Part shown: piece after piece, positions 1 to 7,859 of the stretch
Position numbering within the stretch: the first letter of the stretch is position 1
Layout: every line of letters begins with the position of its first letter
NCBI GenBank assembly: GCA_964595575.1
Contig: CAZQRA010000005.1
Coordinates: forward strand, 542 to 64,541
DNA length: 64,000 nucleotides
Source of the DNA: an uncultured Gaiellales bacterium
Lineage (GTDB): Bacteria > Actinomycetota > Thermoleophilia > Gaiellales > Gaiellaceae
Reading direction: 5' to 3'
Translations under genes and position numbers: made by a program
Notes under the pieces: generated by a model
Told to the model about the DNA's origin: nothing
What the model saw: only the letters and a program-made list of their open reading frames with translations
Databases searched by the model: none

Positions 1-738
1 CGCCACCACCGCCTCGACGCCGCCGGCGCGGCGTTCCTCGTCGCTGAGCTCGTAGGCGAAGAAGCCGGCGGCGATGGGCTGCGACACCCAGATCAGCCGA
101 GGACGCGCCACGGAGCCGTCGGCCAGCCGCAGCTCCAGCGTGGACACGTAGTCGGCGTCCACGAAACCGCTCACCGCCCGGGCTGCGCGACCGAGAGCTG
201 CCCCCTGCGACCACCCCGGCGCCCTCCCGTCGAGGAGCCAGGAGACGCCGAGAGGCTCGGTCCCCCGCTCGGCGCAGGTGAGCCCGAGGAGGAGAGCGCA
301 GTACCCTCCGCGCCGGGTGGGCGCTACCCAGAGGGTGTGCGCCCCGTCGGAGAGGAAAACCCTTCCTACCCGCCTCGCCTCTCCGGCGAGGGCAGCCGGA
401 TCCATGCCGGGAGGGGCGCCGACGCTCAGGCGCTCGAACTGAAGCTCGATCCGACCCGGCGCTCGATCAGCCCGCCAGAAGGAGACCACGGGCAGGTGCA
501 GGCCGAGCGCAGATGCAGCAAACACGGCACCCGCCAGGACGATGGCGAGGAGCGCCAGGGCCGCTCTCCTCCGCACCCGGGCGCAACGGGGCGGGCGTTG
601 CCGGGGCGCACGACGCTCCCAGTCGATCCGCCCCGAGGCCCGCAGCCCCTGGAGGTGACCGGCGAGCTGGGGGCGGGCAGGCGGCGGCACCGGGTTTGCC
701 CGCCGCAGGAGATCGAGCACGTCCGAGCGCCTGCTCAC
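1..738 (-). CDS. putative anti-sigma factor / single-pass membrane protein, partial (C-terminus lies beyond window start)
   Basis: Hand translation of the minus strand. GTG 738-736 overlaps the TGA of the ECF sigma gene (GTGA), and the frame stays open to base 1: VSRRSDVLDLLRRANP...AALALLAIVLAGAVFAASALGL (one TM helix).... It is absent from the ORF track because no stop lies in the window. Function is inferred only from its position after an ECF sigma gene. Confidence 0.5.
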   Translation of the reverse strand, partial: MSRRSDVLDLLRRANPVPPPARPQLAGHLQGLRASGRIDWERRAPRQRPPRCARVRRRAALALLAIVLAGAVFAASALGLHLPVVSFWRADRAPGRIELQFERLSVGAPPGMDPAALAGEARRVGRVFLSDGAHTLWVAPTRRGGYCALLLGLTCAERGTEPLGVSWLLDGRAPGWSQGAALGRAARAVSGFVDADYVSTLELRLADGSVARPRLIWVSQPIAAGFFAYELSDEERRAGGVEAVVA

Positions 739-1313
739 GCCTTCGCCTCCGGCCCGAGCACAGCTCGCCCGCCCAGAGAAGGGGATGCCCGACGACCCTC
801 TTCCAGCTCGGCCAGCAGCCGCTGCAGGCGGCGACGGGCACGGTAGAGGCGGAGACGGAACAGGGAGGGCGAGCAGCCCAGCACGTGGGCAGCCTCCTGG
901 GGGCGAAGATCCTCCCAGGCGACGAGCCGCAGGACCTCCTGTTCGGTGGGCGAGAGCCGCCGAAACGCCTCCAGCACGGGCGGCGGGTCGGCCTCGTCAA
1001 ACGGGGAAGGGCCCTCCGTCCAGGCCCGCTCCCGGGCGAGCCGCTCCCTCAACGCCAGCCGGCGCCGTGCAGCACGGCGCTCGTTGGCGAGCGTCCTCCG
1101 GGCGATGGCGAGAAGCCAAGGAAGCGGGTGCTCGGCGGAGATCTCCTCCCGTCGCCGCCAGGCGACGGCGAACACCTCCGCCGCCGCTTCCTCGGCCGCC
1201 TCCCGATCGGCCCGGCGCAGGCAGTAGGCAAGGACGTCGGGCCCGTGGGCCCGGAAGATCTCCTCGAAGGCGAGCGCGTCGTGGTCCTCCTCGGGAGTGT
1301 GCGTACGACCATC
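735..1313 (-). CDS. ECF-type sigma-70 family RNA polymerase sigma factor; start codon unresolved
   Basis: Region 2 (DALAFEEIFRAHGPDVLAYCLRR...PLPWLLAIARRTLANERR) and region 4 HTH (LSPTEQEVLRLVAWEDLRPQEAAHVLGCSPSLFRLRLYRARRRL) are present. Track ORF 735..1175 begins at the first canonical codon (GTG 1175), which would delete region 2. The frame is open up to 1313, directly after the upstream TAA. Confidence 0.65.
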   Translation of the reverse strand, partial: DGRTHTPEEDHDALAFEEIFRAHGPDVLAYCLRRADREAAEEAAAEVFAVAWRRREEISAEHPLPWLLAIARRTLANERRAARRRLALRERLARERAWTEGPSPFDEADPPPVLEAFRRLSPTEQEVLRLVAWEDLRPQEAAHVLGCSPSLFRLRLYRARRRLQRLLAELEEGRRASPSLGGRAVLGPEAKA

Positions 1314-2696
1314 TTAGGACAGCGTCGCTTCCCGGCTTCCGCGCCGCCCCACGGCTACGGCCAGCATCGGCTGAAGAGCGGTGCCGGGCGCCAGGTAACG
1401 GGCCACCTCGTCGTCGTAGAAGGTGGTGGCGGTGGCGCCCAGATCCCGGGCGAAGGCGGCTAGGTAGAGCCGGCCAGCGCGGATGCCTCCCTCGAGCTGG
1501 GCCGCCCGGTAGCCGCGCTCGCCCAGCCGCGCTACCACCTCCTCGAGATCGGCCATGAAGAACACGACCGCCGCCGCCCGCTCTCCCAGCTCCTGCTCTA
1601 GGCAGAGAAATCCGGTGAGCCGCCGGTCGCTTCCCTCCCGGAGGCAGACGAGCTCCCCGTCCCCGAGGCGGTAGACCCCGGGGGCGAGGCCCGAGACGGC
1701 GTGGACGACCACGAGCGCCTCCGTGAGGGGCGGGAAGTCGGCCGGGATCGAGCCGCAGGCGACGCCGAGGAGGAAGCGAAGGTCGTCCCCAGGGATGGGC
1801 GTCCGGGCGAAGGCGCGGGTCGAGCCCCGGCGGGCGATGACCCGGTCGAGCTCGGCCAGGGAGAGGGTAGGCGGGGGCGAGGAGGGCTCCCCCGCCGCGG
1901 CGCGGAAGGCCCGTACCTCCTCCGGCGAGCGGAGGCTGGAGGCCCGGTGGGCGGCGTACGCCTCCGGGTACTCCACCTCCCGAGCCGACAGGGGCTCGAC
2001 CGCGAGATCGAGGGGTAAGAGCGGGCCGGTCGTCCTCGTCTGAGACCCGGAGCGACCCACGGCAAGAAGCGCCAGCGCCGCCTCCTTCCGCCCGTCGAGA
2101 CCGACGATGCTGTTTACCTGGTCGTCCACGAACCCGACGGAAAGCCGAGGCTCCCTCCCCTCCGCCGTCGCCACCGCCAGCAGGTTGGCGAGCATGGTGC
2201 CCGCGTCCCAGTAGAGGTGGCGGTAGCCGCGCGCCCGGTACTTCCAGGCCGTGCGCCAGAGGATGCCGGCGAGGACGAGGATGGCCTCCGCCTCCGCCAG
2301 CCCCGGATCGGCGGCGGCCTGGGCCAGGGCGCCGCGCACGTCCGCGTCTCGGAGCGGTCGGAGCGCGAGCCGGCGGGGGTGGAAGTGGAAGAGCCCCTCC
2401 TCCCCGGCGACGTAGACCTCGACTGGGTACAGGGCGCCGGCGCTGGGGTAGGCGCGGAAGTAGTAGACGAGGCTGCCCGGGTAGCGGCGCTCGCGCACCA
2501 CCCCCGCTCCTAGGCGAAGGAGCGTGCCCAGCGAGGGAGGGACGGGGAGGGACGGGAGCTGCCGGTACTCCTTGAAGGGATGGGGACGGCTCTCCCAGTC
2601 GAGCCCAGGGCCCAGGCGGCGCACGCTGACGGGGGTGTGCTTGGTCTGCTCGTGGAAAGCGAGCACGGAGGAGCGCCGGGGAGGGCCTCTCCTCAC
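1314..2696 (-). CDS. SagB-type dehydrogenase / tandem nitroreductase-fold protein
   Basis: C-terminal ~460 aa of track ORF 1314..4238. There are two nitroreductase-like halves (FHEQTKHTP...YPSAGALYPVEVYV...YWDAGTMLANL, and RRGSTRAF...GVYRL...AAQLEGGIRAGRLYLAA). GTG 2696 overlaps the kinase stop (GTGA); alternative GTG ~2666. Confidence 0.7.
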   Translation of the reverse strand: MRRGPPRRSSVLAFHEQTKHTPVSVRRLGPGLDWESRPHPFKEYRQLPSLPVPPSLGTLLRLGAGVVRERRYPGSLVYYFRAYPSAGALYPVEVYVAGEEGLFHFHPRRLALRPLRDADVRGALAQAAADPGLAEAEAILVLAGILWRTAWKYRARGYRHLYWDAGTMLANLLAVATAEGREPRLSVGFVDDQVNSIVGLDGRKEAALALLAVGRSGSQTRTTGPLLPLDLAVEPLSAREVEYPEAYAAHRASSLRSPEEVRAFRAAAGEPSSPPPTLSLAELDRVIARRGSTRAFARTPIPGDDLRFLLGVACGSIPADFPPLTEALVVVHAVSGLAPGVYRLGDGELVCLREGSDRRLTGFLCLEQELGERAAAVVFFMADLEEVVARLGERGYRAAQLEGGIRAGRLYLAAFARDLGATATTFYDDEVARYLAPGTALQPMLAVAVGRRGSREATLS

Positions 2697-4084
2697 GCCG
2701 CCGGCCGGGCGGGGAGGCGGAGCTCGAACCGGCTTCCCCTGCCGGGAGCGCTCTCGAGATCGATCCCGCCGCCGAGCGCCCCTGCCAGCTCCCGGGCGAT
2801 GGTCAGGCCGAGACCGGTACCGCCCCCGTCCTTCGACCAGAAGGGTCGGAAGATCCGCTCCCTCTCCTCGGGCGGGATCCCTGGCCCTGTGTCCTCCACC
2901 GCCACCGACACCATCCCGTCGTCGGCCCCCAGCTCCAGGACGACCCGCCCTCCGTCCGGCGTCCACCGGAAGGCGTTGGCGAGGAGGTTGGAGATGATCT
3001 GGAGGACCCGGTCGCCGTCGGTGGTGATCACCGGCCGGGCCCGGATCTCGCAGCGGTAGTCGATGTTCCGCCTGCGCGCCTCCTCCCCGAAGGAGGCGTA
3101 GGCCTGGTCGAGCAGGCGAGCCATGTCCACCTCCTCCTCGAGGAGGGCGAACCGCCGGGCATCGAGCTTGGCCAGGTCGAGCAGGTCGCCGACCAGGCGC
3201 TCGAGGCGGGCGGTCTCGGTGGCGATGACGTCCAGGGACTCCGCCCGCGCCTGCTCGTCCTCCACCACCCCCTCCCGGAGGGCCTCGACGTGGCCGCGGA
3301 TAGCCGTGAGCGGGGTACGGAGCTCGTGGGAGACCGACATGAGGAAGTTCCGCTCCAGCTCCTCCGCCTCGGCCAGCCGCGCCGCCATCTCCCGGAAGCG
3401 ACTCGCCAGGTGGCTGATCTCGTCTCCTCCCGAGAGAGCGGGGATGGCCACGTCGTAGCGGCCCTCGGCGATCCCGTCGGCAGCCCGGGACAGGCCGAGC
3501 ACGGGCCGACTGATGCGCCGGGAGGCATACCAGGCCAGGATCCCGGCCACGAGCAGGCCGCCGGCGAGGGACACGGCGAAGAACTTCATGAGGGTGAGCC
3601 AGGTGTCGCGGAGGACGGTCTGGGGCTTGGCCACCACGAGCACGCCCAAGGTGGTGCCCTCCAGGTGGAGAGGGTGGCCTACCGCCAGGAACGGCCGATC
3701 CTCGCCGGGCGGCGTGAACTCGAAGGTGAGGGTGCGCCCCTGCCTCACGGCGTCCCAGTCGATCAAGCCCGGGGGCAGGCGGCGGAGTCCCGACGACTGG
3801 CCGGGAAAGAGCGGGACTCCGGCGTAGTAGAGCCGATCCCCGGTGGCGCTCTCGAGCTCGGGGACCACGTACGCAGGGGCCGTGCGGCCCTCCTCGTTGG
3901 CGGCCAGAGCCTGGCGCACGTACAGGCGGGTGAGGCCGGCCGCCTCTCGGCGCAGCTCCTTGACCGAGCGATCGTGGGAGTAGTCCTGGAGGAGGCGGAA
4001 GGCGATGGCCGCCGACACGATCCCCGCCAGCACGATCCCCGCCAGGAACAGGGCCGGCAGGCGGAATCGCAGCGACTGGAGCAC
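2693..4084 (-). CDS. sensor histidine kinase (two TM segments, HAMP, HisKA, HATPase_c)
   Basis: H-box SVSHELRTPLTAIRGH, N-box NLLANAFRWTP, G-boxes DTGPGIPPEE and GTGLGLTIAREL, and an N-terminal TM helix LPALFLAGIVLAGIVSAAIAF. Confidence 0.9.
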   Translation of the reverse strand: MLQSLRFRLPALFLAGIVLAGIVSAAIAFRLLQDYSHDRSVKELRREAAGLTRLYVRQALAANEEGRTAPAYVVPELESATGDRLYYAGVPLFPGQSSGLRRLPPGLIDWDAVRQGRTLTFEFTPPGEDRPFLAVGHPLHLEGTTLGVLVVAKPQTVLRDTWLTLMKFFAVSLAGGLLVAGILAWYASRRISRPVLGLSRAADGIAEGRYDVAIPALSGGDEISHLASRFREMAARLAEAEELERNFLMSVSHELRTPLTAIRGHVEALREGVVEDEQARAESLDVIATETARLERLVGDLLDLAKLDARRFALLEEEVDMARLLDQAYASFGEEARRRNIDYRCEIRARPVITTDGDRVLQIISNLLANAFRWTPDGGRVVLELGADDGMVSVAVEDTGPGIPPEERERIFRPFWSKDGGGTGLGLTIARELAGALGGGIDLESAPGRGSRFELRLPARPAA

Positions 4085-4087
4085 GGG

Positions 4088-4798
4088 CTACCCCGCTGTG
4101 GCGGCGTCCTTGGCCGACGAGACCTTGTAGCCGACCCCCCACACGGTCACGATGGGGGAGGCGTCCCCGAGCTTGCGCCTGATCTGGCGCACGTGGACGT
4201 CCACCGTGCGGGTGTCGCCGGCGAAGGTGTAGCCCCACACCCGCTCCAGGAGCTGGTCGCGGGTGAGGACGAGCCCGCGGTGGTCGAGGAGCTCCCAGAG
4301 GAGGTCGAACTCCTTGGGCGCCAGCTGAACCTCGCGGTCGCCGACCCGCACCTCCCGCCTACCGGCGTCGACCACGAGGTCGCCGTGGCGGATGACGGCG
4401 CTCTCGGGCAGTCGGCGCTCGGGCGTCGAGCGCCGCAGGATGGACTTGACCCGAGCCACCAGCTCGCGGGGGTTGAAGGGCTTGGTCATGTAGTCGTCGG
4501 CCCCCACCTCCAGCCCCACGATCTTGTCCACGTCCTCGTCGCGGGCGGTGAGCATGAGGATGGGCACGTTGGAGGTGGCCCGCATGCGCCGGCACACCTC
4601 GATGCCGTCGATGTCCGGGAGCATGAGGTCGAGGACGATGAGGGACGGGGGATCGGCAGCGAGCTGGGCCAGAGCATCCGCCCCGGTGGCCACCGTCCGC
4701 ACCTCGTAGCCGGCCTTCTTGAGGTAGGCGGCGACGAAGGACGCGATCGACCGCTCGTCCTCGACGACCAAGATCGACCCGGCCTGAGCCGCCGTCAT
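4088..4798 (-). CDS. OmpR/PhoB-family response regulator
   Basis: Receiver domain (ILVVEDERSI...LIVLDLMLPDIDG...MLTARDE...KPF) plus a winged-helix C-terminus (LAPKEFDLLWELL...TRTVDVHVRQIRRKL...VWGVGYK). The stop lies 3 nt before the kinase start. Confidence 0.93.
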   Translation of the reverse strand: MTAAQAGSILVVEDERSIASFVAAYLKKAGYEVRTVATGADALAQLAADPPSLIVLDLMLPDIDGIEVCRRMRATSNVPILMLTARDEDVDKIVGLEVGADDYMTKPFNPRELVARVKSILRRSTPERRLPESAVIRHGDLVVDAGRREVRVGDREVQLAPKEFDLLWELLDHRGLVLTRDQLLERVWGYTFAGDTRTVDVHVRQIRRKLGDASPIVTVWGVGYKVSSAKDAATAG

Positions 4799-4825
4799 AC
4801 CGTCGAGGATGCCAGAAGCGGGCCG

Positions 4826-5323
4826 CTACCCACTCCCCTGGCTCCCGATGACGAACCTGCGGGGAAGGTCGGGGAGGGGCTGGAAGCCCTGCTCGCAGAA
4901 GCTGTCGCTGTCCACCGAGAAGGTGCCCGTCTCCAGGAAGTCGGGCGCGGCCAGGGTCGCGACCCCCCGGCCGGCGGCGCTGATGTCCATGAACACGGCG
5001 CTTACGGACACCCGGAACTGGCCGCTTGCCCGGAAGCGGAGGTCGTAGCCGATGTACTGCGTCCTCGTCTCCGAGACGAGCCGCCTACGCGCGGCCCCGA
5101 ACACCTTGACCGTGCCCCCGGGCAGGCCCTCGTCCACGGTCACGGAGCCCTGGTCGAAGCGACCGAGGACGATGCCGCGGGCGCTCAAGGTCACCAAGCC
5201 CTTGCCGCTCCGGACGACGAGGCAGCCGTCTCCTGGCCCTGACCGTCGAGCCTGCGGGGAGGAGACGGCCAGGGAGGCGACCGTCCCCGCCACGAAGAGG
5301 AGGGAAGCTACCTTCCGCACCAC
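4826..5323 (-). CDS. hypothetical secreted protein
   Basis: N-terminal signal-like segment (VRKVASLLFVAGTVASLAVSSPQA) and high third-position GC. It lies 27 nt upstream of the response regulator on the same strand. No recognisable domain. Confidence 0.55.
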   Translation of the reverse strand: MVRKVASLLFVAGTVASLAVSSPQARRSGPGDGCLVVRSGKGLVTLSARGIVLGRFDQGSVTVDEGLPGGTVKVFGAARRRLVSETRTQYIGYDLRFRASGQFRVSVSAVFMDISAAGRGVATLAAPDFLETGTFSVDSDSFCEQGFQPLPDLPRRFVIGSQGSG

Positions 5324-5387
5324 GACCCAGAGTATCGACCGGCGAGGTGTGCCCAGGTTGATCGCCCTGTAAGAAAAGTGTGAACGG

Positions 5388-6530
5388 CTACGCCAGGCCC
5401 TCGCGGCGAAGCTCCTCGTCGGCCCGACGGTATCCCGTCTCGATGAGGGCCCGCTTGGTCTCTTGGGTCCAGGGCCGCTGGCGGGGGAAGCCGGGCTCGA
5501 GGCTGTGGGGACCGGCGCTGGCGGACACGGTCAGGCGGGGGATCACCCGGTCGTGGCGGAAGGGGAAGCGGGCGCTTCGGAACCGCTCCTCGACCGCGGC
5601 GGCCAGGCGCTGCCGCTCCTCCTCGGGAAGGGGCGCCTCGGCCACAAGCCGGGAGACGTCCTCGCGCAGGCTGGCCAGCTCGACCACCGACCGCTCCCGC
5701 CAGGAAGCCAAGAGCTCCTCGAGGGCGGTGTTGCGGATGATGGCCACCCGCGAGAGCCGGGAGAAGGCGTCGACGATGTGGGCCGGCTGGCCCCGCCTCT
5801 CCCGAGCGGCGGCTGCCTCCAGCTCCCGGTGGAGCTCGCGGGCGGCAGGGAGACGCGCGAGCCGACGGAGGCGGCGGGCCGCGCGCTCGATCACGCCCGC
5901 CCCCAGGACGGGGTAGCGGGGCTCGTAGCGGAAGGAGACGATGAGCTCCACCTCCGGCCGCTCGTAGGCGTAGCCGAGCGGGTAGTTGCGCACCCAGGCC
6001 CCGTCCGTCGCCACCCGGTCGCCCACGAGCTGGGGCAGCACGAGCACGCTGATGGCGGCCGAGGCGAGCACGGCCTGGGCCATCTCTTGGGGCGACGTCG
6101 ACCGGGACGAGTAGGCCCGCTCGAAGAGCTGGGGCCCGCCCTGCTCCCCGTCGGAGACAGTGACGTCGGTCACCACCACCACCAGCTCGACGGCCGAGCG
6201 GGCAAGCTCGCCGGCCAGCGCCACCGGGTCGCCCAGGCGCCGGGCGACGGTGCGCGGCAGCACGTAGTCGTGGGAGCCGAGCAGGGGTAGTCGCCACAGG
6301 GTGTTGGCCCGGAAGGTGTCCTCGGGCTCCAGGGAGAGCAGGAACTCCTCCAGCTCGTCCAGCCGGTCGAGCGCCGCCATGCAGCCGGAGAGGGCGCCGG
6401 CGGAGGTGCCGAACACGACCGACAGCCGTGGCCACAAGGCGGTCTCCCGGAGGCGCTTGAGGAAGCCGAGCTCGAGCAGGATGCCGTTCATCCCCCCGCC
6501 CGAGAGGACGAGAGCCACGTCCCTCTTCAC
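5388..6530 (-). CDS. patatin-like phospholipase family protein
   Basis: Oxyanion motif LSGGGMNG and nucleophile elbow GTSAG near the N-terminus, with a later DG-type motif (ATDGAWVRNYP). Confidence 0.8.
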   Translation of the reverse strand: MKRDVALVLSGGGMNGILLELGFLKRLRETALWPRLSVVFGTSAGALSGCMAALDRLDELEEFLLSLEPEDTFRANTLWRLPLLGSHDYVLPRTVARRLGDPVALAGELARSAVELVVVVTDVTVSDGEQGGPQLFERAYSSRSTSPQEMAQAVLASAAISVLVLPQLVGDRVATDGAWVRNYPLGYAYERPEVELIVSFRYEPRYPVLGAGVIERAARRLRRLARLPAARELHRELEAAAARERRGQPAHIVDAFSRLSRVAIIRNTALEELLASWRERSVVELASLREDVSRLVAEAPLPEEERQRLAAAVEERFRSARFPFRHDRVIPRLTVSASAGPHSLEPGFPRQRPWTQETKRALIETGYRRADEELRREGLA

Positions 6531-6540
6531 CCGGCCAATG

Positions 6541-7755
6541 CTAGAGGCCGCGAAGCGCCTGCCGGTGGTAGCGCCCCTCCGGGTTCCAGAGGAGGAAGCC
6601 GGCCGCCCCCTGGCGACGGGCGGCGTCGACTTGGTCTCGCACCTCCGCGAGACCGTAGGGCCGACGCAGGGAGAAGTCCTGCAGCCAGGGGACGAGGCGA
6701 ACGCCGGTCCCCGCCAGCTGGCGGCGGAAGCGCTCGAGCGAGCGACGTACCGTGGAGCCCGGGAAGGCCTCGGGCTCGACCAGGTTGTACTCGCCGGGCA
6801 CGTAGTGGGAGGGGTAGACCATGGGGTAGATGGCGTCCACGTGGCGGGCGATCCAGCGCGGCACCTGGCCCACCCCCAGGTCGCGGGTGGCGGCCAGGCC
6901 GAAGAGGGCGGCGGAGACGCGGACGCCCAGGGGTCGCAGCCGGCCCGCCGCGTAGGCGAGGAAGCGCTCGATGGTGCGCCCCTTGGGCTCGGGCCGCCGC
7001 CCCGGAAAGACGATGGAGGTCAGGTCGCCCTCGCTGGGGAAGCGGACGTAGTCGAACTGGATCTCGTCGAAGCCGGCCCGGGCGGCGGCGGCGGCCACGT
7101 CCACCACGTACCTCCAGACCCGCCGATCGTAGGGGCTGACCCAGCCCCGCCCGGCGGCGTCGGTCCAGCGAGAGCCGTCCGGCCTCCGCAGGGCGAGATC
7201 GGGCCTGAAGGCGGCGAGCTGCGAGTCCTGGAAGACGACTACCCGCCCGATCAGGTACACCCCCGCCGCCCGGGCCCGACGGGCAGCCTCGGCGGGGTCG
7301 TAGTAGGGCCGGGCAGCCCCCGACTGCCGGGCCAAGGCAGGGAGGTCGGGGGTGACGAAGCCGACGTGGCCGTTCTCGTCCTTGACGTCCAGCTCCAGGG
7401 CGTTGAGGCCGAAGCGGCGGAGGGCGAGGTACTCCTCGAGCTTGCCGGGGAGGGAGGCAAGGGCCATGGTGACGTGCACGCCCCGCACCTCCCTGGGAAG
7501 CCGAGGCAGGGCGGGGAGGGCCGATGGGCGGGCAGGAGGGGCGGTCCCACCCTTCCCGTGGTCGCGGGTCATGAAGGAGGCCCCCAGGGCGACTCCCGCC
7601 CCTAGGGCGAGGAGGACGCAGGCCAGGGCCGCCCGCCGCAACCGCTTCCGCCGCCGCGCCCGTCGCCGGCGCTCTCGGAAGCGCTCGCTGGGATCGAGGC
7701 GGCCGTGCACGTACATGGCGAGCGAAACCGTACGCCTGATCGGTTTCTCCTGCAA
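6541..7755 (-). CDS. putative glycoside hydrolase (DUF4015-like), N-terminal membrane anchor
   Basis: VRGVHVT...LNALELDVKDENGHVGF...IGRVVVFQD...GWVSPYD...GFDEIQFDYVRFPSEG matches my memory of the DUF4015 family pattern. TM helix AALACVLLALGAGVALGA. TTG start at 7755 is preceded by GGAGG at 7 nt. Confidence 0.65.
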   Translation of the reverse strand: MQEKPIRRTVSLAMYVHGRLDPSERFRERRRRARRRKRLRRAALACVLLALGAGVALGASFMTRDHGKGGTAPPARPSALPALPRLPREVRGVHVTMALASLPGKLEEYLALRRFGLNALELDVKDENGHVGFVTPDLPALARQSGAARPYYDPAEAARRARAAGVYLIGRVVVFQDSQLAAFRPDLALRRPDGSRWTDAAGRGWVSPYDRRVWRYVVDVAAAAARAGFDEIQFDYVRFPSEGDLTSIVFPGRRPEPKGRTIERFLAYAAGRLRPLGVRVSAALFGLAATRDLGVGQVPRWIARHVDAIYPMVYPSHYVPGEYNLVEPEAFPGSTVRRSLERFRRQLAGTGVRLVPWLQDFSLRRPYGLAEVRDQVDAARRQGAAGFLLWNPEGRYHRQALRGL

Positions 7756-7859
7756 GCAGGGGCCTCCCGGAGACCTTCCCTGGGCGGCCGCGGCGCCGGG
7801 CCGCCTCGGCCCCGGCCCCCGCGGAGACGGCGGCCGGAGCTGCGAGAGTATGCCCTTCC

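Noticed and set aside
1314-4238. 974-aa ORF in the track
   Set aside because: Only the C-terminal ~460 aa (nitroreductase-like) look like a real protein. The N-terminal part is Arg/Pro/Gly-rich read-through, out of frame over the well-supported histidine kinase gene on the same strand.
3290-5242. 650-aa plus-strand ORF
   Set aside because: It is antisense to the histidine kinase, response regulator and secreted-protein genes. Composition is low-complexity (G/E/R/P/H/D) with no motifs. This is a typical GC-driven shadow ORF.
1314-5323. Thiazole/oxazole-modified peptide (TOMM) biosynthetic cluster suggested by the SagB-type dehydrogenase
   Set aside because: No YcaO cyclodehydratase, precursor peptide, protease or exporter gene is visible. 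The neighbours are signalling proteins.
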